DNA from: Candidatus Nomurabacteria bacterium
GTDB lineage: Bacteria; Patescibacteriota; Minisyncoccia; Phycocordibacterales; SBAW01
Assembly: GCA_943349945.1 (NCBI GenBank)
Contig: CALQZS010000001.1
Coordinates: 130,803-194,802, forward strand
Direction of reading: 5' to 3'
Length of the DNA stretch: 64,000 nt
Below, in pieces: positions 43,084-52,277 of the stretch. How positions within the stretch are numbered: the first letter of the stretch is position 1; every line of letters starts with the position of its first letter. The position numbers were made by a program, and so were the translations under genes. The notes below the pieces were generated by a model, which had not been told where the DNA came from, did not search any database, and saw only the letters and a program-made list of their open reading frames with translations.

Positions 43084-43614
43084 GTGTTGGCAACCGCTTT
43101 GGATACCACCCGCATTAATCACCAGATCCGCGCAACAGAAGTGCGCGTCATAGGCCCCGAGGGGGAGAATTTTGGCGTTTTAGCCGTATCTGAGGCTATT
43201 GCCAAGGCAGAGGAGCTGGGGTTCGACCTTATTGAAATATCCCCTGGCGCCGTCCCACCAGTTGCAAAAATAATGGAATATGGTAAATTCCAATACGAGC
43301 AGGAGAAGAAACGCCGAGAAATAAAGGCCAAATCCCACACTACGGAGACCAAAAGTGTCCAGGTAAAGATAGGCACCGGCGAAAACGACCTTAATTTGAA
43401 GGCAAAAAGGGCGGCAGCGTGGCTCAAAGAGGGGCACCGGGTCAAAATAGACCTTTTTCTGTGGGGGCGATACAAGTACATGGAGTTTGGCTTCCTAAAA
43501 GAGCGTTTGGAGCGATTTTTGAAACTTATCCCCGAGGAATACAAGATAGGCGACCCTATAGCCAAAAGCCCCAAAGGCCTGACCACCGTTATCGAGCGCG
43601 CAGCTAAAAAGTAA
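43084..43614 (+). CDS. infC: Translation initiation factor IF-3
   Basis: INHQIRATEVRVIGPEGE...VAKIMEYGKFQYE. The start codon is uncertain (GTG at 43084 chosen; the longer track ORF overlaps the divergent gene). Confidence 0.85.
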   Translation: MLATALDTTRINHQIRATEVRVIGPEGENFGVLAVSEAIAKAEELGFDLIEISPGAVPPVAKIMEYGKFQYEQEKKRREIKAKSHTTETKSVQVKIGTGENDLNLKAKRAAAWLKEGHRVKIDLFLWGRYKYMEFGFLKERLERFLKLIPEEYKIGDPIAKSPKGLTTVIERAAKK

Positions 43615-43623
43615 GAAATTACC

Positions 43624-43824
43624 GTGAAAACAAATAAATCATTTACGAAACGTCTCAAACTTACCCGCAACGGCAAGGTTATTGCGCGCAAGCCAGGACA
43701 GAACCATTTCAACGCAAAGGAGGACCGCTCGGGCCAGATGAGCACACGCCGCACCCAGCTCCTCACCCTCACCAAAAAGGTCTCTCAACGTTTTATCAAG
43801 ACAGTAACGCCCTCAAAGCGCTAA
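43624..43824 (+). CDS. rpmI: 50S ribosomal protein L35
   Basis: 66-aa basic protein between infC and rplT. Confidence 0.85.
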   Translation: MKTNKSFTKRLKLTRNGKVIARKPGQNHFNAKEDRSGQMSTRRTQLLTLTKKVSQRFIKTVTPSKR

Positions 43825-43847
43825 CTTAATCGACTTATCACACCACT

Positions 43848-44216
43848 ATGGCACGCGTAAAAGGAGGAACAACCGCGCTCAAGCGCCGCAAAAACATCTT
43901 GGCGATGACCAAGGGCTACCGCTTTGGCCGCTCGACCAAGACCAAGCAAGCTAAAGAGGCTATATTCCACGCAGGTAAGTACGCCTTTGCACACCGCAAA
44001 GACAAAAAGAACGACTTCCGCCGCCTGTGGAATGTACGCATCAACGCAGGTCTCGACACCTCGGGCGCACTCGCCTCAACAGGCAAGCCACTTTCGTACA
44101 GCCGCCTTATAAACGCGCTCAAAACAGCAAACATCACCCTCAACCGCAAAATGCTCGCAACGCTTGCCGAGCAGTCCCCCGCAACGTTTGATCGTATTGT
44201 TAAAAAAGTATCATAG
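43848..44216 (+). CDS. rplT: 50S ribosomal protein L20
   Basis: MARVKGGTTALKRRKNIL...GYRFGRS. Confidence 0.95.
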   Translation: MARVKGGTTALKRRKNILAMTKGYRFGRSTKTKQAKEAIFHAGKYAFAHRKDKKNDFRRLWNVRINAGLDTSGALASTGKPLSYSRLINALKTANITLNRKMLATLAEQSPATFDRIVKKVS

Positions 44217-44274
44217 TTAATCCCGACGTTTCAGTCGGGACCCCGACCAAAGCGTCGGGGAAAGGTCTCCTAAC

Positions 44275-44304
44275 AAAAAACTCCCTACGGGGAGTTTTTT
44301 GTTT
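44275..44304. terminator. Bidirectional terminator
   Basis: AAAAAA-CTCCC-tacg-GGGAG-TTTTTTGTTTT between convergent genes. Confidence 0.8.
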
Positions 44305-44306
44305 TA

Positions 44307-44969
44307 CTACTCTGTGGGCTGCACAAACCGGAATGACGCCCGGTTTATTTTGTCTTTTTGTACCAGCTCTATCACCCGCTCTACCAGTGCCTTTGGGTCC
44401 GAGTCGAACACGATACGGTCGTTGGGGCGATGGCCACTTTTGAGTATCCCTTTAATGACCTCGTCCGTCTCCCAATCTGCCTCTAAAATGCCAATAGGCT
44501 TTTTGTCTTCAAACGCGATAGTAAATTCGTGTATGGTCCCTATGCGTCCGCAGCCAAAAAGCAGCGCGTCAGACGACCGGGTAAAAATCAGGTCCCGCCC
44601 AGGGAAGCCAAACCCCGTGTACACAATAACGTCCATGTATTCCACCGGTAGGTTATACATCTCGATGTGCTCTTTTTCTGAGTTAGCAGGAGAAAACCCA
44701 ACGGACACCCCGCCCAATTCCTTGGCGCCCATAGCCGACCACAAGGGGAAGCCCGTAGTCGCCCCCGTTACAAGCACCGCGCCGTGGCGTGCCACTTCGC
44801 GGCCCAGCTCCAAACCTTTGTCGTACGCATCAATGCCGCAGTGGCCTGTTTCTGCCGCGCCCGAGACACCCAACTTTATCTGCAGATGCGGATGATTAGG
44901 CGACATAGGCTGCACAGTACCTGCTTCTTTTGTCTCTGGAGCAGGCGCAGTAGTAGTGGTCATATGCAC
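44307..44969 (-). CDS. LOG/TIGR00725-like Rossmann-fold protein
   Basis: LVTGATTGFP and GCGRIGTIHEF resemble the LOG-family PGGxGTxxE region. Confidence 0.6.
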   Translation of the reverse strand: MHMTTTTAPAPETKEAGTVQPMSPNHPHLQIKLGVSGAAETGHCGIDAYDKGLELGREVARHGAVLVTGATTGFPLWSAMGAKELGGVSVGFSPANSEKEHIEMYNLPVEYMDVIVYTGFGFPGRDLIFTRSSDALLFGCGRIGTIHEFTIAFEDKKPIGILEADWETDEVIKGILKSGHRPNDRIVFDSDPKALVERVIELVQKDKINRASFRFVQPTE

Positions 44970-44979
44970 TATTCTAGCA

Positions 44980-46371
44980 TTAGAAATTAATTATCGCGCT
45001 GTCCCCAGCTTCGGGTGCGGTGGCTTTTACCCCCAAGTAGTCGCGCACCCGCTGCACCAAAAACCCCGACGCTGCTGGCTCCCCCATCACCACAAACGCC
45101 TGCTCAAGCACGCCGCCTCCTTGCGGTGGGTTGGCCACACTGTTTACAAACTCAAGCAGCTGTTCGCTGTCCATGTGTGCCGAATAGCCATACATAGCAG
45201 CTACGGTGCAGCGCACCGCCACTTCCTCGCCCCGGATTTCTACTTTTTTTGCACCCTCGATGAGCTTGCGGCCCAAACTCCCCGCAGACTGGTAGCCCAC
45301 AATAAGCAGCGTCGAGTGCTCGTCGGGCAAGAGCGCCGCCTCGTGCGCCACAACCCGGCCGCCGTTGCTCATACCCGAGCCTGCCAAAATAATCTTCGGC
45401 CCCGGTTTGTTACGCATGTTTTCCGACTCGGCAGCACCTTCGACAAACTGCAACTCAGGAAAGTCGAAAATATGCTCGCCTCCTGCAATGCGCTTTTGCA
45501 TCTCGTCGCTAAAGTATTGGGGATGTGCCAGGTAGGCAGCGGTGATTTTTTGTGCCAAGGGTGAGTCCAGATACACCGGCATAGACGGCACGCGTTTTTC
45601 TAAAAAGAGCGAGCGGATTTCAAACAGCAAGTCTTGCGTACGCTCGGTCGAAAACGCAGGGATAAGCAGCGTGCCGCCTTTTGCAGCCACGTTTTCTATA
45701 TGGTTTTCCAATATATCACGCCTGTGTGCATCCTCTTGCCGCACACGGTCTCCGTACACACTCTCGACCACCAGGTGGGCTATGTCCCCCGGGACCTCTG
45801 TCTTGGCCAACAGCGGCGAGTTACCCCCGCCCAAGTCGCCCGTAAAGGCCACCTTGCTGCTGTCTGGCTGCGCCTTGCGGCTGAGCACCGCTATGGCCGA
45901 GCCCAAGATGTGCCCCGCATCAAACAGCTCCAAGGTTACCCCGCCGCCCACATCCTCGAGCTGGTGGTAGGGTATCCCCTTCCATTGCCGCATAGCCTGT
46001 GCGATATCTTTTTCTGTATACAAAGGCTCTTTGCCCAAGCGCTCTGCAGTGCGCGCAGCAAGCTCCATAGCGTCCAGCAAGAGCGGCTCCGCGAGCGCGC
46101 GGGTAGCCTCGGTGGATATAATGGGCCCCCGGAAACCGTCTTTTACTAGTTTGGGGATACGGCCAATATGGTCGATGTGTGCGTGCGTGTTTATAAGCAC
46201 CGACACTTCTGCCGGGTTATACGGAAAAGGGTCCCAGTTGGTGTTTTCGAAAGAGTGCTTGCCCTGGAAGAGCCCACAGTCGACGGCAATTTTGACCTCT
46301 CCTGTATCGAGCAAAAAGTTAGACCCCGTTACCGACCCTGCCCCGCCGTAAAAGTATATGGTTGATTGCAT
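44980..46371 (-). CDS. MBL-fold beta-CASP ribonuclease
   Basis: HAHIDHIG metallo-beta-lactamase motif near the N-terminus; 463 aa with beta-CASP-like layout. Confidence 0.75.
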   Translation of the reverse strand: MQSTIYFYGGAGSVTGSNFLLDTGEVKIAVDCGLFQGKHSFENTNWDPFPYNPAEVSVLINTHAHIDHIGRIPKLVKDGFRGPIISTEATRALAEPLLLDAMELAARTAERLGKEPLYTEKDIAQAMRQWKGIPYHQLEDVGGGVTLELFDAGHILGSAIAVLSRKAQPDSSKVAFTGDLGGGNSPLLAKTEVPGDIAHLVVESVYGDRVRQEDAHRRDILENHIENVAAKGGTLLIPAFSTERTQDLLFEIRSLFLEKRVPSMPVYLDSPLAQKITAAYLAHPQYFSDEMQKRIAGGEHIFDFPELQFVEGAAESENMRNKPGPKIILAGSGMSNGGRVVAHEAALLPDEHSTLLIVGYQSAGSLGRKLIEGAKKVEIRGEEVAVRCTVAAMYGYSAHMDSEQLLEFVNSVANPPQGGGVLEQAFVVMGEPAASGFLVQRVRDYLGVKATAPEAGDSAIINF

Positions 46372-46418
46372 CAGTGCATTATACGTTTTTTACTACCCTT
46401 CGACTATTCTTTAGGCAC

Positions 46419-46578
46419 AAAAAAACCCGCACCAGGAGCCCGGTGCGGACTTTTTTCGGACTCCGGAAGCAAGTGTCTACCGTGTATTAGGTGGGTGCTC
46501 TAAGCGGTACACCACGGTGCCCCGCCACAGCGAGCTCCCGGTAGATTCACTTAAGGACATTTGCCTCCGGGGTCCTGC
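46419..46578 (-). ncRNA. Candidate long-hairpin ncRNA of about 160 nt, unclassified
   Basis: An extended -10 (TGaTACAAT, 46583-46591 on minus). A closing helix 46563-46575 with 46458-46470 (12/13 pairs) plus inner helices. Terminator CCGCACC...GGTGCGG followed by T7. Confidence 0.5.
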
Positions 46579-46620
46579 CGCTATTGTATCAAATTTTTAC
46601 TACAATCCCCCACCCCTTCT

Positions 46621-46645
46621 AACCCACAAGTCTGACTTGTGGGTT
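46621..46645. repeat. 25-nt palindromic REP, copy 1 (central T)
   Basis: aacccacaagtcTgacttgtgggtt. Confidence 0.9.
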
Positions 46646-46675
46646 TAGGTTTTACCCGAGCTATAATCTATAGAC

Positions 46676-47539
46676 TTATTTTGTCACAGCAGCCTTTCGC
46701 ATATATACAGAGACGTCTCCATATACGCCCCCAAGCAATGCTCCATCTTTTCCTGATGCCACCAGAAGTTCTATGTTTTTATCTTTAAGGGCAGCAAGAA
46801 TTGCATCGCCACGCACATCTCCCAGTGTGGCGTACATGCGACGAAATGCCTCAAAATCTTTAATAAAACAATCGCCCCCAGCCCCACGTCCTCCACTATG
46901 TACAGGGTTAGTGTGGCTAGCACCGACACGAGGGTCATGCACCAACGCATCGCGCACTCCTTCCCAGTCTCCTCCTTTCGCTTGCACCAGGTCATAGAGC
47001 AAGTTAGTAAACATGACTTTGGTGTATAAAAAACAATTGCCTGCATATTTGACCAACTCTGCATCACAGGCCAAAAGTATACGCGCGTACGGCGCCTCAG
47101 GCAGCACACTAAGCACTGCGCGGGCTTTTTCTTGGTACACAGCAGAGTCTACGGGGATTCCTACAATATTACGATGAGGGTGCGCTGCATCATGCGCCGC
47201 CGTAGCCTCGGTCAAAAACTCAGGGCTGTGTAGCACAAAAATGTCAGGGTATATTTGCTGAAACATCTCTGTCGTGCCTGGCAGTATGGTTGACTTAATG
47301 ACCGCCACTTTTCCTTTGCCCACAAGAGGCAGTACGCGCGCAATAATGGAGCTGTCGAACCCCTCTGGAGTGGTAGGGGTTGGCACCGCAATAAACACAA
47401 TGTCGCACCGGGCTATACGATCTTTGTTTGCTCGATATGGCTCTTCAAGCGCGTAACGTACAACCGTATAGCCACGGTTTTCAAAATCATCTGCATAATG
47501 TCTGCCGATCCACCCCTGCCCAATAAATCCTATGTGCAT
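46676..47539 (-). CDS. UDP-glucose/GDP-mannose dehydrogenase-family protein (short)
   Basis: N-terminal GFIGQGWIG Rossmann motif and GGDCFIKD catalytic-Cys motif. Confidence 0.6.
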   Translation of the reverse strand: MHIGFIGQGWIGRHYADDFENRGYTVVRYALEEPYRANKDRIARCDIVFIAVPTPTTPEGFDSSIIARVLPLVGKGKVAVIKSTILPGTTEMFQQIYPDIFVLHSPEFLTEATAAHDAAHPHRNIVGIPVDSAVYQEKARAVLSVLPEAPYARILLACDAELVKYAGNCFLYTKVMFTNLLYDLVQAKGGDWEGVRDALVHDPRVGASHTNPVHSGGRGAGGDCFIKDFEAFRRMYATLGDVRGDAILAALKDKNIELLVASGKDGALLGGVYGDVSVYMRKAAVTK

Positions 47540-47596
47540 TCCCTAGTAACTCGACGACTGAACACAAAGTTACTCGTCGACACCAAACCAGTGTCC

Positions 47597-47621
47597 AACC
47601 CACAAGTCAGACTTGTGGGTT
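47597..47621. repeat. 25-nt palindromic REP, copy 2 (central A)
   Basis: aacccacaagtcAgacttgtgggtt, 1 nt from the RAYT stop. Confidence 0.9.
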
Positions 47622-47622
47622 A

Positions 47623-48321
47623 TTATTCCAGAATCGCCAAACTGCTCAATTCTGGCACACGTCCCAAGATTAAATCTTGAGCATTCGTACGAAAATCTGC
47701 CGGTGAACAAAATATTTCTGCGAGAATATCCTTTTCAACAACTGCCGCATATATAGAGTTTTCTCCAGCATACTCTTTTAAGCTCGAAAAAGGATACGTA
47801 TCGACAGCCCACTTCCACGCCTCATTAAAATTTTTTGCAGCAGTCACATATCCCCCTGGATATAATTCGAACACATTTTTTACTACTATATACGGGACCA
47901 CGTAACGCAAATGTCGGTCTGTCTCAACTGTACGACTACGATATGCACCTTGGAAAATACTACCTCGCTCACTATATTTTTCGTTAAAATATCGGGACAT
48001 ACTGCCACAAACACTTTGCATAAATCGCGCCACCCCTCTTTCTTGAGTTTCTTTAAGCAAAAGGTGGAAATGGTTCGGCATCAACGTCCAAGCAAGTACC
48101 TTTACTAATGGTCGACGTTCTGGCCAAACAGCAGGGCGTTCAAACATTCCCAGATCACAAATATCTCTCTCCCAAAAATCGGAGCGATGTTCGTCGTTTA
48201 AATAATAAAGGAGTTTTACAAAACGCCGCTTATCAGCCTCATCACGAGTGATAGGCATGCCGCGCGCTCCGCGTTTAACAACATGAACAAAAGAACCCAC
48301 TTCATGAGGTTCCACTCTCAT
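47623..48321 (-). mobile_element. IS200/IS605-like Y1 (HUH) transposase of the RAYT type, second copy
   Basis: LMPNHFHLLL HUH motif and GSIFQGAYRSR Tyr motif; bracketed by palindrome copies 2 and 3. Confidence 0.8.
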
Positions 48322-48346
48322 ACCCTTATAGTAGCCCCAAAATCTA

Positions 48347-48370
48347 AACCCACAAGTCAGACTTGTGGGT
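48347..48370. repeat. Palindromic REP, copy 3 (central A)
   Basis: aacccacaagtcAgacttgtgggt. Confidence 0.9.
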
Positions 48371-48377
48371 GCAAAAA

Positions 48378-48977
48378 CTACTCGTCGATGCCGAAGCGCT
48401 TGTACTTGAAGATGGTTTGTTTACCAAACCAGTGCTCGATTTCGTGCTTTGCTTCCTCTGGAGTCTCAGACGCATGGACCAAGTTGTAGACTGCGCGTTT
48501 TTCGATGTTTGCAGAAATAGCAGAGTCTGCCGAGTAGTCGCCGCGGATGGTGCCCATCTCTGCCAAGTACGGCATAGTAGGCCCCACGATTTTGCGCACC
48601 ATGTCCACCGCGTGCACGCCCTGCACCACCATCTTGACCATAGGGGCCGAGATCATAAAGTCGATAAGCCAGCCGCGTACCACTTTACCAATTTTAAGAA
48701 GGTCGTCGGTACCAAAGTCTTTTTTCACATCATGTCCGTACTTTTGGTAGGTGCCGGTTGTCTTTTCGCCAATGCGCTTGAGCCACGCCTCGTCTTTGGG
48801 ATAGTGTTTGTCCATCTCGGCCTTAGACGGCTGGAACATCTCTAGAGCTACGACTTTGAGGTCGCGCTGCTCCATGCGTTTAATGATCTCGCCCGTGAGC
48901 CCTTTGCGTACGCCGTCGGGCTTTATGAGCACAAAAGTTTTTTCCTCCTTGGGATGTTGCATGCGAGCACTATACAA
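48378..48977 (-). CDS. ndk: Nucleoside diphosphate kinase (with an internal insertion)
   Basis: FVLIKPDGV and NLVHASE motifs. Confidence 0.8.
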   Translation of the reverse strand: MYSARMQHPKEEKTFVLIKPDGVRKGLTGEIIKRMEQRDLKVVALEMFQPSKAEMDKHYPKDEAWLKRIGEKTTGTYQKYGHDVKKDFGTDDLLKIGKVVRGWLIDFMISAPMVKMVVQGVHAVDMVRKIVGPTMPYLAEMGTIRGDYSADSAISANIEKRAVYNLVHASETPEEAKHEIEHWFGKQTIFKYKRFGIDE

Positions 48978-48999
48978 TAGTATGTAAGATTTTGCAATA

Positions 49000-49764
49000 T
49001 CAAAACGGCGTCAACACCTCGCACCCGTCTTTTGTCACCATCAGCGTTTGCTCAAACTCAGTACTGCGCAAACCGTCGCGCGTGTGGTAGGTCCACTCGT
49101 CTTTTGCCAAGGTGATGTGCGGCTTACCCTCGCAAAAAATAGGCTCTATGGCGATGATTAACCCTTCTTTAAGAATCTCCCCCGTGCCCGCCTCCCCTTC
49201 GTTTGGTATGTAGGGTTTTTCGTGCGGGACTTTACCCAGCGCGTGGCCCCCTAGGTCTTTTGCAATAGTAAAGTTGTATTTGCGGGCAACACGCTCGATA
49301 GCCGCACCGATGTCGCCCACATGCGCACCCGCTTTGACCACCTTGAGCGCCTCGGCAAGCGCCTCGCGCGAGGCATTAAGGAGCTTCATCCCCTCTGCAT
49401 CTACCGCGCCCACCGGCACCGTCAGCGCTGCGTCGGCAAAAAAGCCATTGTAAGAAACCCCAAGGTCGAGCATCACCAAGTCGCCGTCTTTGACTACCTT
49501 GTCTTCTGTGGGGATGCCGTGCACCACTTCGTCGTTTATAGAAACACACAGCACGGCAGGAAACGGGTACGCAGCCCCGCTTGGTTTGTAGTTTAAAAAC
49601 GCGGGCTTGCCACCCTGCTCTTGTATGATGCGCTCGGCAGCCAAGTCGAGCTCCGCAGCAGTGACCCCAGGCACCACCAGCTTTGCCGTCTCGGTGAGCG
49701 CATGCGCCAAGATGCTGCCTGCTTTGCGCAAATTATCTATGTCTGACTGGGCGGTTGCTATCAT
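49000..49764 (-). CDS. map: Methionine aminopeptidase type I
   Basis: Metal-ligand pattern VHGIP...DLGV...GHALG...IAIEP. Confidence 0.9.
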   Translation of the reverse strand: MIATAQSDIDNLRKAGSILAHALTETAKLVVPGVTAAELDLAAERIIQEQGGKPAFLNYKPSGAAYPFPAVLCVSINDEVVHGIPTEDKVVKDGDLVMLDLGVSYNGFFADAALTVPVGAVDAEGMKLLNASREALAEALKVVKAGAHVGDIGAAIERVARKYNFTIAKDLGGHALGKVPHEKPYIPNEGEAGTGEILKEGLIIAIEPIFCEGKPHITLAKDEWTYHTRDGLRSTEFEQTLMVTKDGCEVLTPF

Positions 49765-49767
49765 AGT

Positions 49768-50367
49768 CTACGCGAGCCCTAGTTTGGCCAAAATGTCGGC
49801 GTGGATTGCTTCGACAGTGCGCTCGCCGTCTATGTCGACCACACGGTACAGTGGGTTTGCACGGAACCACTCGATGTTAGGCATCGTATCTTTGCGCGAC
49901 CAAGCAAGCCGTTTGCGGATACTCTCTTCGGTGTCGTCATGGCGGCCGCGCTTAAGCAGCCGGGCAACTGCCTCGTCGTCCGAAATGTTGATGCACACCA
50001 CCGTAGGCATGTCGCGTTTATAAAACTCCACCAAGGCCGAGTCCAGCGTAGGCACCTGTGTGGCCGTGCGCGGAAAGCCGTCGATGATCAAATCCTCCTC
50101 TCCGGTGTGCATAGTGTCCATCAGATATTGTGCAAACAAACTTGCACTTATGGCGTACGGTATCAAACCACCCTGCTGCAATATTTCATTCGTTAGCCGC
50201 CCCGTGTAGTCGTCTTTTGTAGCAAGCTCGCGCAGCTGTTTGCCCATCTCGAAGTGGACTATTTTGCGCGTCGCATCTTGCGCCACCATTGCCTCTTTAA
50301 GCAGCTGTATTTGCGTCCCCTTGCCCGAGCCTTGTGGCCCTAAAAAAATTGCAGTGAGTTTGTTCAT
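49768..50367 (-). CDS. adk: Adenylate kinase
   Basis: GPQGSGKGTQ P-loop; no Zn lid; overlaps gmk by 4 nt. Confidence 0.9.
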   Translation of the reverse strand: MNKLTAIFLGPQGSGKGTQIQLLKEAMVAQDATRKIVHFEMGKQLRELATKDDYTGRLTNEILQQGGLIPYAISASLFAQYLMDTMHTGEEDLIIDGFPRTATQVPTLDSALVEFYKRDMPTVVCINISDDEAVARLLKRGRHDDTEESIRKRLAWSRKDTMPNIEWFRANPLYRVVDIDGERTVEAIHADILAKLGLA

Positions 50368-50966
50368 GCGTGTATATTGTACCCTTCTTTTTCAAGAATA
50401 GAGATCGTTGCCAGGACGGCATCTTCTAATTTACCGTTTGCGTTTACGACCTCATAATCATAAAAAGATCGCTCATCGCGCACCTCACTCACTGCATTTT
50501 CGTATCTTTTTGCGATTTCCTCCTCCGACATTTCTGGATTGCGGGCACGAAGCCGTGCTGGCAACTCATTTAAATCACCTGGCAAAATAAAAATGGTAGT
50601 TGCGTTGTAGCGCTCTTTATAAAACTTCGCCCCTACAATATCAGGGTTCACTAGGACAATGTTTCCTTTTGCTAATTTATCTGCCAAATCTGGCCCATAG
50701 GCGCCGTAGTACGTATCTCGATTTTCAATATACGTTACTTCAAGTATCTCTCCTGCTTGCTGTTTTTGTAAAAAATCTTCTTTGCTAAAAAAATAGTAGT
50801 CTTTACCATGTTCTTCTCCGGCGCGAGGAGTGCGCGTGGTTGCCGTAACTAGTCGGGCAGCATTTGGGCATCTATCGATTATCGCTTTTGTGATAGTGCT
50901 CTCGCCGCTCCCGGTCGGCCCTGCTATCACCGCAATCTGTTTTGGTTTAGCAGTAGGAATAGTCAT
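50364..50966 (-). CDS. gmk: Guanylate kinase-like protein
   Basis: GPTGSGEST P-loop and TTRTPRAGEEHGKDYYF. Confidence 0.8.
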   Translation of the reverse strand: MTIPTAKPKQIAVIAGPTGSGESTITKAIIDRCPNAARLVTATTRTPRAGEEHGKDYYFFSKEDFLQKQQAGEILEVTYIENRDTYYGAYGPDLADKLAKGNIVLVNPDIVGAKFYKERYNATTIFILPGDLNELPARLRARNPEMSEEEIAKRYENAVSEVRDERSFYDYEVVNANGKLEDAVLATISILEKEGYNIHA

Positions 50967-50976
50967 GACAATAGTG

Positions 50977-52248
50977 TTAGTACTCCCGGATGGAGATTTG
51001 CGCGTCGATACGACGCGAGAGGTCGAGCACCACCGACACTACGATGAGCAGCGCGGTACCGCCCAAGGTAAGCGACTGGATGCCTGTGAGTGACTGCATA
51101 GCGATTGGCAAGACAGCGATAAGACCCAAGAAGAATGCTCCTACGAAGGTGATGCGGGTGATGACTTTGCTCAAGTGGTCGACCGTCGAGCTGCCTGGTC
51201 GGACACCTGGCACAAAGGCGCCGTTTTTCTGCAAGTTTTCTGCTATTTGGTGCGGGTCGAAGGTTACTGCGGTGTAGAAGTACGTAAAGAAGAACACCAA
51301 GGTAAAGTATAGGAGTCCGTAGATGCCTAGGTGCTGCAAGGCTTGAAGTACAAAATTGGCAGCCTGCGCCACCCACACCAAAGATGAGGTAGCAAAAAAG
51401 GTAGCCACCATTTGCGGCACCAACAAAAGCGACAAGGCGAAGATGATTGGGATAACGCCAGCCTGGTTAAGGCGCAGTGGCAAGTAAGTTGCAGAGCCGC
51501 CAAAAGTCTTCATCCCGCGTACCTGCTTGGCGTACGTAACAGGGACAGGACGCTCTGCTTCGGTAACCACCACCACAGCGGCCACCACGGCCACTGCAGC
51601 CGCTATAAACGCCAAGTATATAGGCAGCTGTGACGGTACAAAAGAGAACAGCGCTTGGCTCACGGTACTTGGCAAGCTTGCGACGATGCCGCCGAAGATA
51701 ATAACCGAGACACCATTGCCCAACCCAAATTCAGAAATAAGCTCGCCCAGCCACATTAGGAACATCGACCCTGCCACCACCACCAAGAGGTTAACCCCAA
51801 ATTGGAAGGCGCTGAGGTCTGGCAACACGCCTTGGCGCTCCAAAATAAGCAAAAAGCTGATGCCTTGCAGCACCGCGAGCGGCAACGACAGCATGCGTGT
51901 GTATTGGCTAAAGCGTTGGCGTCCTGCCTCACCCTCTTCTTGATAGAGCTGTTTGAGGCGCGGCACCATGATGGTCGACACCTGCATGATGATGGACGCG
52001 GTGATGTATGGCCCAACGCCAAGCAGCACTATAGACAAGTTGGCGAGCCCACCGCCAGAGAATAGGTTAAGTAGGCCAAAAAATTGGTTGCTTGCAAAAA
52101 AAGCTTGGAGCTGCAGTGTGTCTATACCTGGCACTGGCATTGCCGCCAACAGACGAAACACGGCGAGTACTCCCACCACAAACAGCAATCGGTTGCGGAG
52201 TGACCGGTCTGCAAACAAGAGTTTGAGTTTTTGACTAAAAGTACCCAT
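50977..52248 (-). CDS. secY: Preprotein translocase SecY
   Basis: 423-aa 10-TM protein in the canonical position after rplO. Confidence 0.95.
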   Translation of the reverse strand: MGTFSQKLKLLFADRSLRNRLLFVVGVLAVFRLLAAMPVPGIDTLQLQAFFASNQFFGLLNLFSGGGLANLSIVLLGVGPYITASIIMQVSTIMVPRLKQLYQEEGEAGRQRFSQYTRMLSLPLAVLQGISFLLILERQGVLPDLSAFQFGVNLLVVVAGSMFLMWLGELISEFGLGNGVSVIIFGGIVASLPSTVSQALFSFVPSQLPIYLAFIAAAVAVVAAVVVVTEAERPVPVTYAKQVRGMKTFGGSATYLPLRLNQAGVIPIIFALSLLLVPQMVATFFATSSLVWVAQAANFVLQALQHLGIYGLLYFTLVFFFTYFYTAVTFDPHQIAENLQKNGAFVPGVRPGSSTVDHLSKVITRITFVGAFFLGLIAVLPIAMQSLTGIQSLTLGGTALLIVVSVVLDLSRRIDAQISIREY

Positions 52249-52277
52249 TAGATATTGGTGGGGCCAGTGACCCCGAA

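Noticed and set aside
32591-44240. A dispersed repeat family based on TCCCGACG...GTCGGGA, seen at 32591-32616 and 44221-44240 (CCCGACG also occurs at 34586 in the recG palindrome).
   Set aside because: The shared core is only 7-8 nt, which is within chance expectation for a 64-kb window on two strands.

Only the tandem pair at 44221-44260 was kept as a local observation.
46458-46575. An SRP (4.5S) RNA, because of CCGGAAGCAAG / CCGGAGGCAAA strings resembling helix 8 (GGAAGCAG).
   Set aside because: These strings pair with each other at the base of the long hairpin.

They do not form an apical GNRA-capped helix 8 with the symmetric and asymmetric loops.

The candidate is left unclassified.
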